Source: Spirochaetia bacterium
GTDB lineage: Bacteria; Spirochaetota; Spirochaetia; WTKD01; G963693115
Length of the DNA: 64,000 nucleotides
Direction of reading: 5' to 3'
Assembly (NCBI GenBank): GCA_965226055.1
Contig: CBDDCA010000006.1
Span: 128,001-192,000, forward strand
The position numbers and the translations under genes were made by a program. The notes under the pieces are model-generated. The model saw nothing but the letters and a program-made list of their open reading frames with translations, did no database searches and was not told the DNA's origin. This document shows positions 1-10,849 of this stretch, one piece after another. Positions within the stretch are counted from its first letter, which is position 1, and the number at the start of each line of letters is the position of its first letter.

Positions 1-315
1 CCTAATATGCTCTATCTTGGGAGAACTATTGAATATACCAAGACCTACAATTTCATACCGATGCTTGAAGGACGTTCATCTATAGGGAGACTTGGGTTAT
101 ATGTGCATGTTACTGCTGGGTTTGGGGATGTTGGCTTTGAAGGATATTGGACCTTAGAGATGCATTGCATACAACCATTACGCATATATTCACATATTGA
201 AATTTGTCAGATTTTCTATCATACTATAGAAGGAGAGTATGATGCATATACTTCTTCAAAGTATCATAAAAACATTGGAGTACAAGGAAGTAAGTTATAC
301 CAAGAATTGCAATAA
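1..315 (+). CDS. dcd: dCTP deaminase, 3' part (5' end outside window)
   Basis: Motifs EGRSSIGRLGL, HVTAGFGDVGFEGYWTLE and ICQIFY of the dCTP deaminase family. Confidence 0.9.
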   Translation, partial: PNMLYLGRTIEYTKTYNFIPMLEGRSSIGRLGLYVHVTAGFGDVGFEGYWTLEMHCIQPLRIYSHIEICQIFYHTIEGEYDAYTSSKYHKNIGVQGSKLYQELQ

Positions 316-388
316 CATAATCAAAGTTATTGATACATACTTAACATTTTAATACATTTTTCACAACATACACAAAAGGAGTATTTGT

Positions 389-1645
389 ATGAACGCAGGA
401 TTTATTTCATTCCGATTTGCTGGCACAGATGGTGTTTCTTTAGAGGTACAAAAATGGGTTTCTGTTTTAGAAAGATTACAATGGAAAAGTCATTTTTTAT
501 GTGGAGAGGCAGACACTCCCGAAGAAGTCACTATAGTAGAGCCTGAATTTCATTTTAATCACCCAGAAATTCTAGAAATTACCGAAGAAAGTTTTACTCA
601 TCAATATAGATCCCCTGCACTTACAGAGAAAATTCACAAAAAAAGAAATGGCATTAAGGGACATATTCATCACTTTATAGAGACATTCAACATTAAGCTA
701 CTGATCATTGAAAATGCTCTGTCTATTCCCATGAACATTCCTCTTAGTATGGCAATAGTAGAGGTGATTGCAGAAACGAATATACATACTATTATTCATC
801 ACCATGATTTTTACTGGGAACGTGAAAGGTATTTACTAAACTGCGTACAAGATATTTTACAAGGATACTTTCCTCCTAATCTTCATAATGTAAAACACGT
901 TACCATAAACTCTCTTGCACAGCATCAATTAGGATTTCGATGTGGCATCACTTCTACTATTATTCCTAATGTTATGGATTACAAATCTCATCCCACAACA
1001 CAAGATGAATATGGAAAGACAGTGAAGAAAGCACTCAATATAGACGAAGATTCTTTTTGTATTTTACAGCCTACTCGTATTGTACAAAGAAAAGGCATTG
1101 AACATGCTATTGAAATTGCACAAAAATTAGAGAGAAACACTACACTCATAATCTCTCATGAGTCAGGAGATGAAGGCAACGAATATAAACAGAGAGTGCT
1201 TGAGTTTGCTGATTTACTGGGAGTTGATTTACGTCTTATCAGTAATCGTATTGGACAAAAACGTGATAAAAATGAAAATGGCAATATATATACCTTAAGC
1301 GATATATATAATATGGCTGATATTGTCACCTACCCTTCCCTTATAGAAGGGTTTGGAAATGCATTTTTAGAAGCTGTGTATTTTAAGAAATTGCTTATTG
1401 TAAACTGTTTTCCTGTATATGTAACAGACATCAAACCAAAGGGATTTCATTGTTTAGAGTTTCGCAATTTTATCTCAAATAACTTTATGCAGGCAATACA
1501 TACTACCATAGACGATACTGAGTTAGTGCATGATATGATTACAAAAAACTTTATGATTGCAAAAAAACACTACTCACTTAATAATTTACATCTTAAGCTA
1601 CAAAATATTATAGTGGAATATATAGGTGTATATAATCATTCGTGA
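389..1645 (+). CDS. GT4 family glycosyltransferase (mannosylglucosylglycerate synthase-like)
   Basis: N-terminal FRFAGTDGVSLE, HHHDFYWER, QPTRIVQRKGIE, YPSLIEGFGNAFLEA; AAAGGAG RBS upstream. Confidence 0.85.
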   Translation: MNAGFISFRFAGTDGVSLEVQKWVSVLERLQWKSHFLCGEADTPEEVTIVEPEFHFNHPEILEITEESFTHQYRSPALTEKIHKKRNGIKGHIHHFIETFNIKLLIIENALSIPMNIPLSMAIVEVIAETNIHTIIHHHDFYWERERYLLNCVQDILQGYFPPNLHNVKHVTINSLAQHQLGFRCGITSTIIPNVMDYKSHPTTQDEYGKTVKKALNIDEDSFCILQPTRIVQRKGIEHAIEIAQKLERNTTLIISHESGDEGNEYKQRVLEFADLLGVDLRLISNRIGQKRDKNENGNIYTLSDIYNMADIVTYPSLIEGFGNAFLEAVYFKKLLIVNCFPVYVTDIKPKGFHCLEFRNFISNNFMQAIHTTIDDTELVHDMITKNFMIAKKHYSLNNLHLKLQNIIVEYIGVYNHS

Positions 1646-2733
1646 ACATACAGTTATTTGTTACTGCTTTATGGGATGAAGCAAAAGAGTTTTATTACTG
1701 GTTACTCCATCATGCTCAAATAATACCTACGAGTACTGTATTGCCACGCAATACTTCTCTACGAGAAATTAAAAACTGCCTCCAATATCTTCAACATGAC
1801 AATAATAATAATGAATTATACCTCAGTCCTATGCTACAGTGTTTTGCGTACACAAAAGATCCTGACAATACTACTCATAGTCAAGGACAGGCACACACAC
1901 AGAATACTCCACTATACTGTATGCTCCTTGTAACAGGTGTTGGAAAAGTTTCATCAGCGAGTGCTGTATCAAATATTGCATCACAGATACCTGTTTCTAT
2001 TATAAAACTAGGTGCTGTACTGGGTGCAAGTAGTACATTACAACAAAGAGACATAGTATTTCCTCGTTTCTTTGCTCAACACGATATAGATTTAGGGAGT
2101 AACAAAAAAAACGAACAGTACTTAAAAGCTGCTAATATGCATATACTCGATTCATATGTATCTCACAACGATAGCTATGATTCTTCTGGAGATAATAGCT
2201 TTGCCTCCATTGTGCCTCATCTTCAAACAAAGCTCTATCATTCACTTCAGACAAGCAGTTTAGCTCCTGCATCACTCTATACAGATCCTGCTCTCTGTAT
2301 AAGTGGCGATAGTTTTGTTACACTGCAAAAAATAACAAAGAGAAACAACACTTCTTATTCTCTTACATACGAACATACTGCTTTATATGGTACTACTTTA
2401 TATGATACTGCCGAACAGGTATTTCAGTTACCAAAACCTTTACAGGCATTTATCTTACAATGCAATACCATACTATACAATCTGTTACAGAAGAAAAATA
2501 CATCTAACCTGCATGAACAGTCTCACAATATAGCTCCTTCTATTGCAGTCATAGATATGGAGAATGCCGCTGTAGTACAGGCTGCACATACCTGTGTTGC
2601 ACCTATTATAGTGATAGCTATTGTACTTGATCATGTTTCTGCATTAAAGAAAGTAAATTTCTATAAGGCAATACAAGATATTTCTAGCATAATTAAATAC
2701 AGCTGCCTCACTTACATTGATATAATCACATAG
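1642..2733 (+). CDS. Divergent MTA/SAH nucleosidase-like protein (PNP_UDP_1 fold) with long insertions
   Basis: TGVGKVSSA, QHDID, ISGDSFV, IDMENAAVVQ motifs; GTGA overlap with the upstream gene. Confidence 0.65.
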   Translation: MNIQLFVTALWDEAKEFYYWLLHHAQIIPTSTVLPRNTSLREIKNCLQYLQHDNNNNELYLSPMLQCFAYTKDPDNTTHSQGQAHTQNTPLYCMLLVTGVGKVSSASAVSNIASQIPVSIIKLGAVLGASSTLQQRDIVFPRFFAQHDIDLGSNKKNEQYLKAANMHILDSYVSHNDSYDSSGDNSFASIVPHLQTKLYHSLQTSSLAPASLYTDPALCISGDSFVTLQKITKRNNTSYSLTYEHTALYGTTLYDTAEQVFQLPKPLQAFILQCNTILYNLLQKKNTSNLHEQSHNIAPSIAVIDMENAAVVQAAHTCVAPIIVIAIVLDHVSALKKVNFYKAIQDISSIIKYSCLTYIDIIT

Positions 2734-2747
2734 TATATTTTATCTCT

Positions 2748-4100
2748 TTAAATTTGTAATATCAGTTTTGCTATAGAAAAATAGATGGATAAACCAATAA
2801 TATCTATTCCTGTCGCAATAAGAGGAGACGCTATAACAGTGGGATCAAAGCCCAATTTTGATATTATAAGCGGGGCAAGTATGCCAATAATTGCAGAAAA
2901 TAATACTACTGACAAAAGAGATACACTCAAAGCTACACCATGTCTAACACTAATGATAGGAGGCACAAATACCCCAATCAACAGCACAAGTATACCTAAA
3001 CAGAGACCGAGAAATAGCCCAACGATGAGTTCTTTCATTACAATTTTACATATATCCTTAAAAGAAAGTTCATTTTTAGCAAGTCCACTAATAATAAGGG
3101 CTGAGCTTTGTACTGCGGTATTCCCTCCAGTTGAAGTAATCACAGGAATAAATAATACAAGAAATGCAACACTGTGAATAAAAGATGAGAAAAAATTGAT
3201 AACATTGCTAGTAAAAGTACTTGCAATTAACAAAAGTCCTAGCCATGGTATACGTGCCTGAAATAACTGAAATACTGAACTATGTAAATACGACTTATCT
3301 TTTGTTGCATCACTTGTTACGGCACTCATTTTCAACATATCTTCTTTATGTTCTGCTTTACTAATTTCTATTGCATCGTCTATAGTGACTATTCCTAGTA
3401 AACGATGAAACTTATCTATTACAGGAATTGCAATTAAATCATGTTCATACAAAAGCTGTACGGTTTCTTCTTGATCTGTTTCTGGATGTGCATAATAATA
3501 TTCACTTACCATAAACTCTTCCAGACAAACGGTATCTTTTTTACGCATTAGATCGCGAAGAGACACCACTCCCTGTAGCTTGCCCATTCTATCAACTACA
3601 TAAATATAATAAATCGTTTCTACTTCGTCTATATTGTTGCGTATTAACTGAATGGTCTGTGCTACTGTTGCAGTTGATCGTGCTGCTACATAGTTTGGGG
3701 TCATTATGCCTGCTGCATCGTCAGCATCAAAAGTCAAGAGAAATTTTACAATGTGCTGAGTGTTTTGGGGCAACGCTTCCCATATCTTACTTTTTAGTGT
3801 ATCGCTAATCATTTGAAATAAATCTGCAAGATCATCAGGTTGAATATTATGTAACACTTCTTGTATGGTATTAGAGGCAATAAGCTGAGTCAGAAAATTT
3901 TCAAGATATTCTTGTTCAAGGGCAAATAGGATGCTCTTTTGTTTGTCAGTATCAAGGAGAGAAAAATAATCCTGAATGTTGTCAAGCTCTTGTTTCATTA
4001 GTTCACTAAACTGAACAATAAGCTCCTCATTGTCTGCTAGTGAGACCCAGTCTTTCCAATCTTCAATAGAAGTAATTTCTTTTTCTAATTCATATGCCAT
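2748..4100 (-). CDS. mgtE: Magnesium transporter MgtE
   Basis: PDDLADL, AAGIMTP, CBS pair (ETIYYIYVVD, LLGIVTIDD), ARIPWL, TGGNTAVQS, DPTVIASPLIATGIDI. Confidence 0.95.
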   Translation of the reverse strand: MAYELEKEITSIEDWKDWVSLADNEELIVQFSELMKQELDNIQDYFSLLDTDKQKSILFALEQEYLENFLTQLIASNTIQEVLHNIQPDDLADLFQMISDTLKSKIWEALPQNTQHIVKFLLTFDADDAAGIMTPNYVAARSTATVAQTIQLIRNNIDEVETIYYIYVVDRMGKLQGVVSLRDLMRKKDTVCLEEFMVSEYYYAHPETDQEETVQLLYEHDLIAIPVIDKFHRLLGIVTIDDAIEISKAEHKEDMLKMSAVTSDATKDKSYLHSSVFQLFQARIPWLGLLLIASTFTSNVINFFSSFIHSVAFLVLFIPVITSTGGNTAVQSSALIISGLAKNELSFKDICKIVMKELIVGLFLGLCLGILVLLIGVFVPPIISVRHGVALSVSLLSVVLFSAIIGILAPLIISKLGFDPTVIASPLIATGIDIIGLSIYFSIAKLILQI

Positions 4101-5005
4101 TGACTACTTTCTCCTAATAACTGTATTTCATGTTCTAAAGTAAATCCGTATGCTTCGTTTGCTTTTTGTTTCATATGCAAAGAAAGGGCATATACATCTT
4201 CTGCGGTAGCCGTGCCTGTGTTGATAATAATATTTGCATGTAACGGATGTACCATTGCTCCTCCATACGATGTTCCTCGAAACCCTAAGGTATCAAGAAT
4301 TTGTCCTGACGGCATACCAAAATCACGATTATTCTTAAATACTGATCCTGCACAAGGAGCAGTATAATGCCCTTTTATTCTTCTATCATATTCATATGAT
4401 AGCATCTTTTGCCATAACTCCTCTTGCTGTGCCTCTTTGATAGCAAATACACATTTAGTAATAATTATGTCTTGTTCTTGAAATGGTGATTTTTTATAAG
4501 AAAAATCCTTACTGTCAACTGTATAGCTCCAATGGATACCTTGCAAATCATATCCTTCCACCGAAATAAGGGTTTCACATATTTCTCTTCCATAGCATCG
4601 TGCATTCATCCAACATGCTCCTCCTACTGTGCCAGGCATACCGTACAGAAACTCTATGCTCTGTTTTCCTCTATTTGCAAGATATACACAAAGACTTCGT
4701 ACTGTAGAACCCCCTTCAACAGCTACTGTTGTCTCATTAAGCGATATATTGTTCATATGTACTGTACAGAGTACTAAACCTTTTATTTCATTGGTAGAAG
4801 CCAATACATTCGATCCTCCTCCTAATATAGTTATTGGCACAGCATATGCATGAGCTATTTGTAGTACTTTCTGTAATTGCAGTATACTATTAGGAGTACA
4901 AAAAAACTCGGCTTGAGACTTTGTCTGAAATGCAGTATAAGTAAATAAAGAAAACTTACTTTTTATAGGAATACTATATGCTTGTAATTCTGTAAGGAAA
5001 CTCAT
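4085..5005 (-). CDS. murB: UDP-N-acetylenolpyruvoylglucosamine reductase
   Basis: LGGGSNVL, GMPGTVGGACWMNARCYG, FSYKKSPFQ, AGSVFKN, HANIIIN, LEHEI; start chosen at ATG 5005 (ORF open to 5038). Confidence 0.93.
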   Translation of the reverse strand: MSFLTELQAYSIPIKSKFSLFTYTAFQTKSQAEFFCTPNSILQLQKVLQIAHAYAVPITILGGGSNVLASTNEIKGLVLCTVHMNNISLNETTVAVEGGSTVRSLCVYLANRGKQSIEFLYGMPGTVGGACWMNARCYGREICETLISVEGYDLQGIHWSYTVDSKDFSYKKSPFQEQDIIITKCVFAIKEAQQEELWQKMLSYEYDRRIKGHYTAPCAGSVFKNNRDFGMPSGQILDTLGFRGTSYGGAMVHPLHANIIINTGTATAEDVYALSLHMKQKANEAYGFTLEHEIQLLGESSQWHMN

Positions 5006-5056
5006 ATATAAAATAATATACGAATAGTATAGTAACATTCAATAGTAGGACATTTA

Positions 5057-6703
5057 ATGATTATTTCACAAAAAAGCATTATACGAATATTCATCATAGT
5101 ATCGTTTTGTACGATTTTTTTTATGGCATTGTTCTTGTCAATCAGGACACTTCCTCCTATACTTTTTACGATAGATCCTGTAGTAGGAACACGTGGTGAT
5201 ACTGTACGCATGAGCGGTATTGCCTTGTCTCATGCAGATATTCCTACTAAAATATTTATAAACGATACCCTTGTGCCTGAACAAGATATCATCAATCGAG
5301 GCTTCTTTTCTATTGATTTTAAGATAAATGTTGATAGTGGTGCTAAATATATATATCTTAAACAAAATAACACTACAAGCAAAGCAAAATTACTCATTGT
5401 GCGATCATTAGAGAATGAATTTTCCTTTGCAGACAAACCCACGTCACAAAAGCCCAGTGCCTCCCCTCTTTCAAATATATCGTTTACGTACCGTAATGCT
5501 GATACAAATACTTTTATTATTGATGAAAATACAAAAAAAATAGTTACTCACCCAATAGAAGAAATACAGTTTGAGGTTCCAAATACACAAATAATACAAA
5601 ATGTATGTTCCAGTACTGTGTTATCCAATGTGATGAACATAGAGTTACCAAAACATCTATGGAACATAAAAGATAGCACTACAGTATCTCTTGCTCTCCC
5701 TGAATTATTTTGGTTTAATTATAGCTCAGTTGCAAATACTTCTCTAAAATTTGATTGTAAAGATACACAGTTTACTTTCCCTTTAACGCTTAACTCTGTT
5801 ACTGTTGCTTCTCAAGATATTTCTTCGTCCTATGAACTAAATATCATATATCAAAAAAATAATAGTGGTAGCTACCTGTTGCCTATTCAAAACAGAAATC
5901 AACAACGAAGAATAGTGCTTGATAGTCAATATAATGTGTTTCTCTATAACTATTTTAACTCGTATGTTACTTATCCCGAATTTGATATGAGTCTTACTAT
6001 TACCCCGCTTATTGTAAAAGATATTGATTCTATACGCTTTGAACAAAACCCAGAACATATACTCACTCCTGCGTATTTGAATCTCAGTGAGAATGAAACT
6101 GTTCTTATTGATAAACTTTTTCGTACTTCTCTTCAATCTACAAGAGCAATAATACAGGCTATGCGCAATAATCCTTCATTACAGCTACAAGAAATACACT
6201 CTTTGGTTTCAACGCTATATCAGGAACTACACACTGTTTCTGAAGAATCAAAAGATGCGTATATAACACAACAACATGCTTCTACTTTACAATATTCTAA
6301 TACTAATACAATACACTTACTTCTTATGGCTCGCATACTGCATCGTTATGGTATCATTACTCGCACAATGCTTGGAGCTATGATTCAAAAAGTCCGAAAT
6401 CAAGATAACACTTTTGCTACTGTGCCTATAGATGCTTCAAAGGATCTTTTAGTATGGCTTGAGTTTTATAGTAAAGAGTACGGATGGGTTGCTATTCAAA
6501 ATGAGTATCGTATACAAGCGACTGCTTCTGTAGAAAAAAACGAGGCTTTTGACGAGTCGTTCAATGGAGCTTCTTTAGAAAATTCTATACAAGAACTTAT
6601 TATTCCTAAAAACCTACTTCGTCTTTATGTTCTTGAAGAATACCTTTGGCTTGAACACAATGCACAAAAAGCTATCCTTCCTGCACAGATCAATTTTCTG
6701 TAA
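5057..6703 (+). CDS. Membrane-anchored protein with IPT/TIG-like N-domain and degenerate transglutaminase-like C-domain
   Basis: N-terminal TM helix, PPILFTIDPVVGTRGDTVRMSG (IPT/TIG start), ARILHRYGIITR...VWLEFYSKEYGWV (transglutaminase-core-like). Confidence 0.55.
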   Translation: MIISQKSIIRIFIIVSFCTIFFMALFLSIRTLPPILFTIDPVVGTRGDTVRMSGIALSHADIPTKIFINDTLVPEQDIINRGFFSIDFKINVDSGAKYIYLKQNNTTSKAKLLIVRSLENEFSFADKPTSQKPSASPLSNISFTYRNADTNTFIIDENTKKIVTHPIEEIQFEVPNTQIIQNVCSSTVLSNVMNIELPKHLWNIKDSTTVSLALPELFWFNYSSVANTSLKFDCKDTQFTFPLTLNSVTVASQDISSSYELNIIYQKNNSGSYLLPIQNRNQQRRIVLDSQYNVFLYNYFNSYVTYPEFDMSLTITPLIVKDIDSIRFEQNPEHILTPAYLNLSENETVLIDKLFRTSLQSTRAIIQAMRNNPSLQLQEIHSLVSTLYQELHTVSEESKDAYITQQHASTLQYSNTNTIHLLLMARILHRYGIITRTMLGAMIQKVRNQDNTFATVPIDASKDLLVWLEFYSKEYGWVAIQNEYRIQATASVEKNEAFDESFNGASLENSIQELIIPKNLLRLYVLEEYLWLEHNAQKAILPAQINFL

Positions 6704-6709
6704 CAGTGC

Positions 6710-9226
6710 CTACGAAAGAGCATCTTTTATGATAGTTTCCACATCCTCAAGTGTTAATGCTTCTATTATCTTTGCATCTTTTTTATCTTCTGGTAGTTTA
6801 ACATTTTTACTTGCTCCTAATCGTAAAAATGGACCATAGGGTCCCTCATAAATGCCTACCTTTAATTTCTTGCTTGAATATACCCCAAGATCTTTTAGTA
6901 ACACAGACCCTCTTCGTCTCCTTTTTACTTCCTGATTAAGTCGTTCAATAGCTCTCTCTAACGTGATGGTATAGACATCATCATCTTTCGTGAGAGTTCT
7001 TGTGCTTTCTCCACATTTAATATATGGACCGAAACGACCAATATGTACAGTTATGTCTTCTCCACTTTTAGGGTGCTGACCTAGTACTTTCGGAATACTT
7101 AAAAACTTTAAGGCATCAGCTAATGTTATACTATGTGCATCCATTGTCTTTGGGACCTGTGCTCTTCGGGGTTTTGGAGTATCTTCACTTACTTCTCCTA
7201 ATTGTACATAAGGACCATATTTACCAGTAAGGCAATACACATTCATTCCTGTTTTTTCATCTACTCCAAGCGGTTCTTGACTTTTACGTTTTATGCCTAT
7301 GAGCGTATTGATATAACTAGGAGTTATATCTGATGGACTGCAATCTTCGGGGATTGAAATATGCTGTTCCTCGTCTTTGCCTTGCATAATTATGTACGCA
7401 CCGTATCGTCCTTCTCGTACCTCGTATTCCTGTGGTAAATTAGGTATGTATATTTTTTGAGATTTCTCTTTGTCTATAGCGCTTCCCTTGTCCACTTTAT
7501 ATGCTAAGCCATTCTCAGAAAGATAAAATTGACTGAGATACTGTAAAAAATTTTCTTGTCCTACTGCTATTTTATCAAGGCTTTCCTCTAGTGCTGCAGT
7601 AAAATCATAATCTACATATTCTGCAAAGTTTTTCTCTAAAAATTGTGTGACACTAAACCCTGTGAGCGTAGGCACTAATGCTTGATCAACTCTTTTTACA
7701 TATCCTCTCTCTATAAGAGTATTGATGATAGTGGCATAGGTAGAAGGACGACCAATTCCTAATTGTTCTAAATGCTTTACAAGCGAAGCATCATTATACC
7801 GAGCTGGAGCTTTTGTTTCGTGTTCTTGTATATCAAGCTGGTATATCGGTAGCTCCATCCCTTCTTCTAAACCAGAAGGCAATATAGTCTCATCAGCCTT
7901 AGTATCATTACTTAATGCCATAAACCCTGGAAAAGTTATGACTGAGCCTGTCGAACTAAAGGTATACTGTTTTACTTTTAACGTAATGGTTTGTATATCT
8001 TTTACTGCGGGAGCCATCTGTGAAGCAAGTGTTCTATGCCATATAAGCCTATAAAGACTGAGTTCTCTCCCTTGTAAAGAAGTATCATCAGGATCAATAA
8101 AGGTGTCTCCTGCTGGACGAATGGCTTCGTGAGCTTCTTGTGCATTTTTCGATTTCTTAAAAAATTGACGTTGCTGGGTATGTAAATAATTTGTATCAAA
8201 GCGTTTTAAGATACTATTACGAGCAGCACTCACTGCTTGTGAGGAGAGGTTAGGAGAATCAGTTCTCATATAGGTAATAAACCCTTGTTCATACAAGGTT
8301 TGAGCGGTACGCATAGTTTCACGTGAGGTGAGTTTTAATCTCCTATTAGCATCCTGCTGTAAAGTGGATGTTGTGTACGGAATGGGAGGCTGTATATTAT
8401 GTGTTTTTTTCTCTATGTTACTGATAGTCATATCAGTGCCTTGTAACTCTTGTACAATATTCTTGCAATCATCATGAGAAAGATGCACTACATCATTCTT
8501 TAAGTTTCCTTCATTACTAAAATCTGATCCTGTTGCAATTCTTTTACTGTCAACATAGGTAAGTTTTATTGGGAGTTTCTCATCATCTTTGTATGTAAGT
8601 GTCCCTGTAATATCGTAGTAGCGTACTGCCTTAAACAGAGAGCGTAAATATTCTCGGTCAACTAAAAGACGTAAGCTCGGTGATTGTACACGTCCTGCAG
8701 AGAGACGGTATGTTATCTTTTTCCAGATAAGCTCTGATAATCGGTATCCGTATAGTCTATCAATAATACGCCTTGTTTCTTGTGCACGAACCAGACTCAT
8801 GTCTAAATCACGATACGAGTCTATTGCTTTTTGTATTGCTGTCTTTGTTATTTCATGAAATACCATACGCTTTAATGGTACTTTTGGTTTCAGTAATTCC
8901 ACAATATGCCACGCTATACTCTCTCCTTCTCTGTCTTCGTCTGTAGCTAAAAACAACGCTTCTACTGATTGTAATTTTGCTTTGATTTCACGAATGAGCT
9001 TTGTTTTTCCTGTTACGGTAACATACAAAGGGGTAAAGTCGTTCTCAACATCAACCCCTAAACGAGCCCAAGCATGTTCTTTGTATTTTTTTGGAATATC
9101 ACTTGCTGAACGAGGAAGGTCTCGTACATGACCTATAGATGATACTACTTCATATTCTTTTGAAAGAAATTTTGATATTGTTTTTGCCTTAGTGGGAGAT
9201 TCCACAATCACTAAATACTTACTCAT
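6710..9226 (-). CDS. topA: DNA topoisomerase I with C-terminal repeats
   Basis: LVIVESPTKAKTI, ATDEDREGE, SAGRVQS, ITYMRTDS (catalytic Tyr), QEAHEAIRP, GRYG/GKYGPY/GRFGPY C-terminal repeats. Confidence 0.97.
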   Translation of the reverse strand: MSKYLVIVESPTKAKTISKFLSKEYEVVSSIGHVRDLPRSASDIPKKYKEHAWARLGVDVENDFTPLYVTVTGKTKLIREIKAKLQSVEALFLATDEDREGESIAWHIVELLKPKVPLKRMVFHEITKTAIQKAIDSYRDLDMSLVRAQETRRIIDRLYGYRLSELIWKKITYRLSAGRVQSPSLRLLVDREYLRSLFKAVRYYDITGTLTYKDDEKLPIKLTYVDSKRIATGSDFSNEGNLKNDVVHLSHDDCKNIVQELQGTDMTISNIEKKTHNIQPPIPYTTSTLQQDANRRLKLTSRETMRTAQTLYEQGFITYMRTDSPNLSSQAVSAARNSILKRFDTNYLHTQQRQFFKKSKNAQEAHEAIRPAGDTFIDPDDTSLQGRELSLYRLIWHRTLASQMAPAVKDIQTITLKVKQYTFSSTGSVITFPGFMALSNDTKADETILPSGLEEGMELPIYQLDIQEHETKAPARYNDASLVKHLEQLGIGRPSTYATIINTLIERGYVKRVDQALVPTLTGFSVTQFLEKNFAEYVDYDFTAALEESLDKIAVGQENFLQYLSQFYLSENGLAYKVDKGSAIDKEKSQKIYIPNLPQEYEVREGRYGAYIIMQGKDEEQHISIPEDCSPSDITPSYINTLIGIKRKSQEPLGVDEKTGMNVYCLTGKYGPYVQLGEVSEDTPKPRRAQVPKTMDAHSITLADALKFLSIPKVLGQHPKSGEDITVHIGRFGPYIKCGESTRTLTKDDDVYTITLERAIERLNQEVKRRRRGSVLLKDLGVYSSKKLKVGIYEGPYGPFLRLGASKNVKLPEDKKDAKIIEALTLEDVETIIKDALS

Positions 9227-9347
9227 ATTATTCCTTACTAATAATTATCTTTTTTTTAATTATACCTAAAAAACAATTTTTTTATATTCCTGCTATACTT
9301 ATACTAGAATACATTATCTCCCAATACCCTACTATTGTAAGCATTGT

Positions 9348-10751
9348 CTATAGTACTTCTTCTATGACTTCTATGCTCTTCCATTTTCCTTGTATATACC
9401 GTATCATCATGCCAATACCAACGGCAAATGCATATCCTATAAAGATAATCCATGCTCCTATTGGAGATACACTATTATTTTGTACTACAATATACAGGAG
9501 TACAACAAATACTATAGCGATACTAATAAAAATATACATAGATGCCTTAGTATCGCCTGCTCCTCTTAGTGCTCCAGAAAAGGTTAAGTGTGCTGCATCT
9601 GCAAGAAGATAAATACATGCGGTCCTTAGCATTGTCTTTGCAAGGGGATATACTTGCTGTGGTTCTTTCATAGTTGCCAAAAAAGGTACGATAAAATAAT
9701 GGGTAAATATCAAAAAACAAGCCATGATAAATAAAGCATAGAGTACCACCATAGAAAACGATGTTCTCACTACCCTCCTTACAGAAACTATATCTTTTGC
9801 TCCCATATAACGACCAACAAGGGAAGTGGTAGCAAACTGTGCTCCTATCATGGGAATAAAGAACATAGAGTCCCAGTTTATTGCTATGGTAACTGCTGAT
9901 CCTACAACAGCACCATAGTTGTTCATTATCAGAATAAAATAATTAAATGCTCCAACTCCTACTAATGCTTCAATTCCTGCAGGTGTCCCAAAACGTATAA
10001 GTTTCTTAAGTATTGATGTATCCAAAGAAAGAAAACTACGAGTGTTGTACTGAGCATGTATTTTTTTCCCAAAATAATGCCATAGCTGAATGAATAGTGA
10101 AATAACACTGCTCAATATAGTAGCTATTGCAGCTCCTACTATGCCAAGTTCTGGAAATACCCATATTCCATTGATAAGCATATAGTTTAGTGGTATGTTA
10201 ACAAGTAATCCTATAATATTGGCTATCATGACAATACTTGAGTTACCTATCCCAATAAAAAATCCACTAAATCCACTTCGTATTATTGAAAATAGTCCTC
10301 CCAGCAAAAGTATCTGTGTGTAAATGACTTGTAGTTCATTTTGTACAGGATCATGATCAAACAAGCCATACATAAGAGGCACAAGTAAATACAAAATAAA
10401 TACAATAGGGAATGTAAATATACCAAAATACAATGATTGTATTCCTACTTTTGCACATTGATGATATTTTTTCGCTCCAAAATACTGCGCTGTAATGGTA
10501 TTAGTAAAATTTGCAGTGAAAATAAACATGCCACATAAGAAAAAAAATGTTACTCCTCCTGTCAATGTCGCATTAAGATATAATTCTCCTTGACCTTCTT
10601 TATAATTTGTCAAAAATAATCTATCAGTAAAAAACATAAGCGTATCAGTGGCCTGAGAGACTACTATAGGAAATGCAATGGATAAGTATGTAAACAGTTC
10701 TTTACGAGTAAAGAACTGTCATTTAATAAAATTTCGTATCATTTTCATCAT
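9348..10751 (-). CDS. MATE efflux transporter; in-frame TGA at 10719-10721 separates the upstream ATGs from TM1 (possible pseudogene or alternative start)
   Basis: MATE motifs (NIPLNYMLING, LGIVGAAIAT, SGALRGAGDT); frame continues upstream of ORF start 10637 as RKELFTYLSIAFPIVVSQATDTL, then TGA, then MMKMIRNFIK. Confidence 0.85.
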
Positions 10752-10849
10752 AAAACTGCATGTAAATTATATATAGGGTATATGTTTTATCATTTAGTGT
10801 CAAATAAAGAGTATATTTTACAGAGAACAGCATACATTACGATGTATGT

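Noticed and set aside
10719-10721. Genome-wide TGA=Trp recoding
   Set aside because: TGA acts as a stop in several ATGA/GTGA gene overlaps (1642-1645, 19165-19168, 31043-31046, 33424-33427) and Trp is encoded by TGG
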